IMG/VR virus record: IMGVR_UViG_3300011116_000796
Span: 55,655 to 119,654 of that record
Origin: a virus
Reading direction: 5' to 3' (one strand)
Length of the DNA stretch: 64,000 bases
In this document: positions 63,999 through 64,000 of the stretch, one piece after another
Numbering within the stretch: the first letter of the stretch is position 1
How the letters are laid out: each line of letters opens with the position of its first letter
Made by a program: the position numbers and the translations under genes
The notes under the pieces: model-generated
The model's database searches: none
Seen by the model: only the letters and a program-made list of their open reading frames with translations
What the model was told of the DNA's origin: nothing

Positions 63999-64000
63999 GG

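Noticed and set aside
1-64000. CRISPR array, tRNA genes, integrase or transposase, reverse transcriptase/DGR
   Set aside because: No regularly spaced repeats, no cloverleaf with T-loop and CCA, and no such protein motifs recognised by eye; tRNAscan-SE and a self dot-plot would be the formal checks
1-64000. Stop-codon reassignment (alternative genetic code)
   Set aside because: Core genes are full length under code 11 and coding density is high

Overview
This window is part of a large T4-like (T4-superfamily) myophage genome. Bases 1-47961 (+ strand) hold the virion morphogenesis module in T4 order: gp5, PAAR, gp25, gp6, gp7, gp8, a VrlC/DUF4815-like protein, two collar-domain fibres, gp13-gp23 and two gp3-like genes. 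Many of these genes are preceded by a (C/A)TAAATA late-promoter box. Inserted in the module are four Cys-rich proteins (three also Pro-rich, two demonstrably paralogous) and a GT2-TPR glycosyltransferase. Bases 48000-64000 are an accessory region, mostly on the - strand with near-consensus sigma70 promoters. It carries gmd, four PEP-CTERM-type proteins, a trypsin-like protease with a dockerin-like GADL anchor and a planctomycete-type prepilin-like protein, which together point to a Planctomycetota (Phycisphaerae-like) host. The most notable candidates are (1) a phage-borne kit of proteins addressed to host envelope-sorting systems, (2) a possible virion O-glycosylation system (GT2-TPR, Gmd and a pervasive G-x-[T/S]-[G/A] motif in outer virion proteins), (3) an unannotated ~300-nt structured ncRNA with its own promoter and terminator, and (4) the Cys-rich virion-associated family. 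All family assignments are by motif recognition and synteny, not database search.
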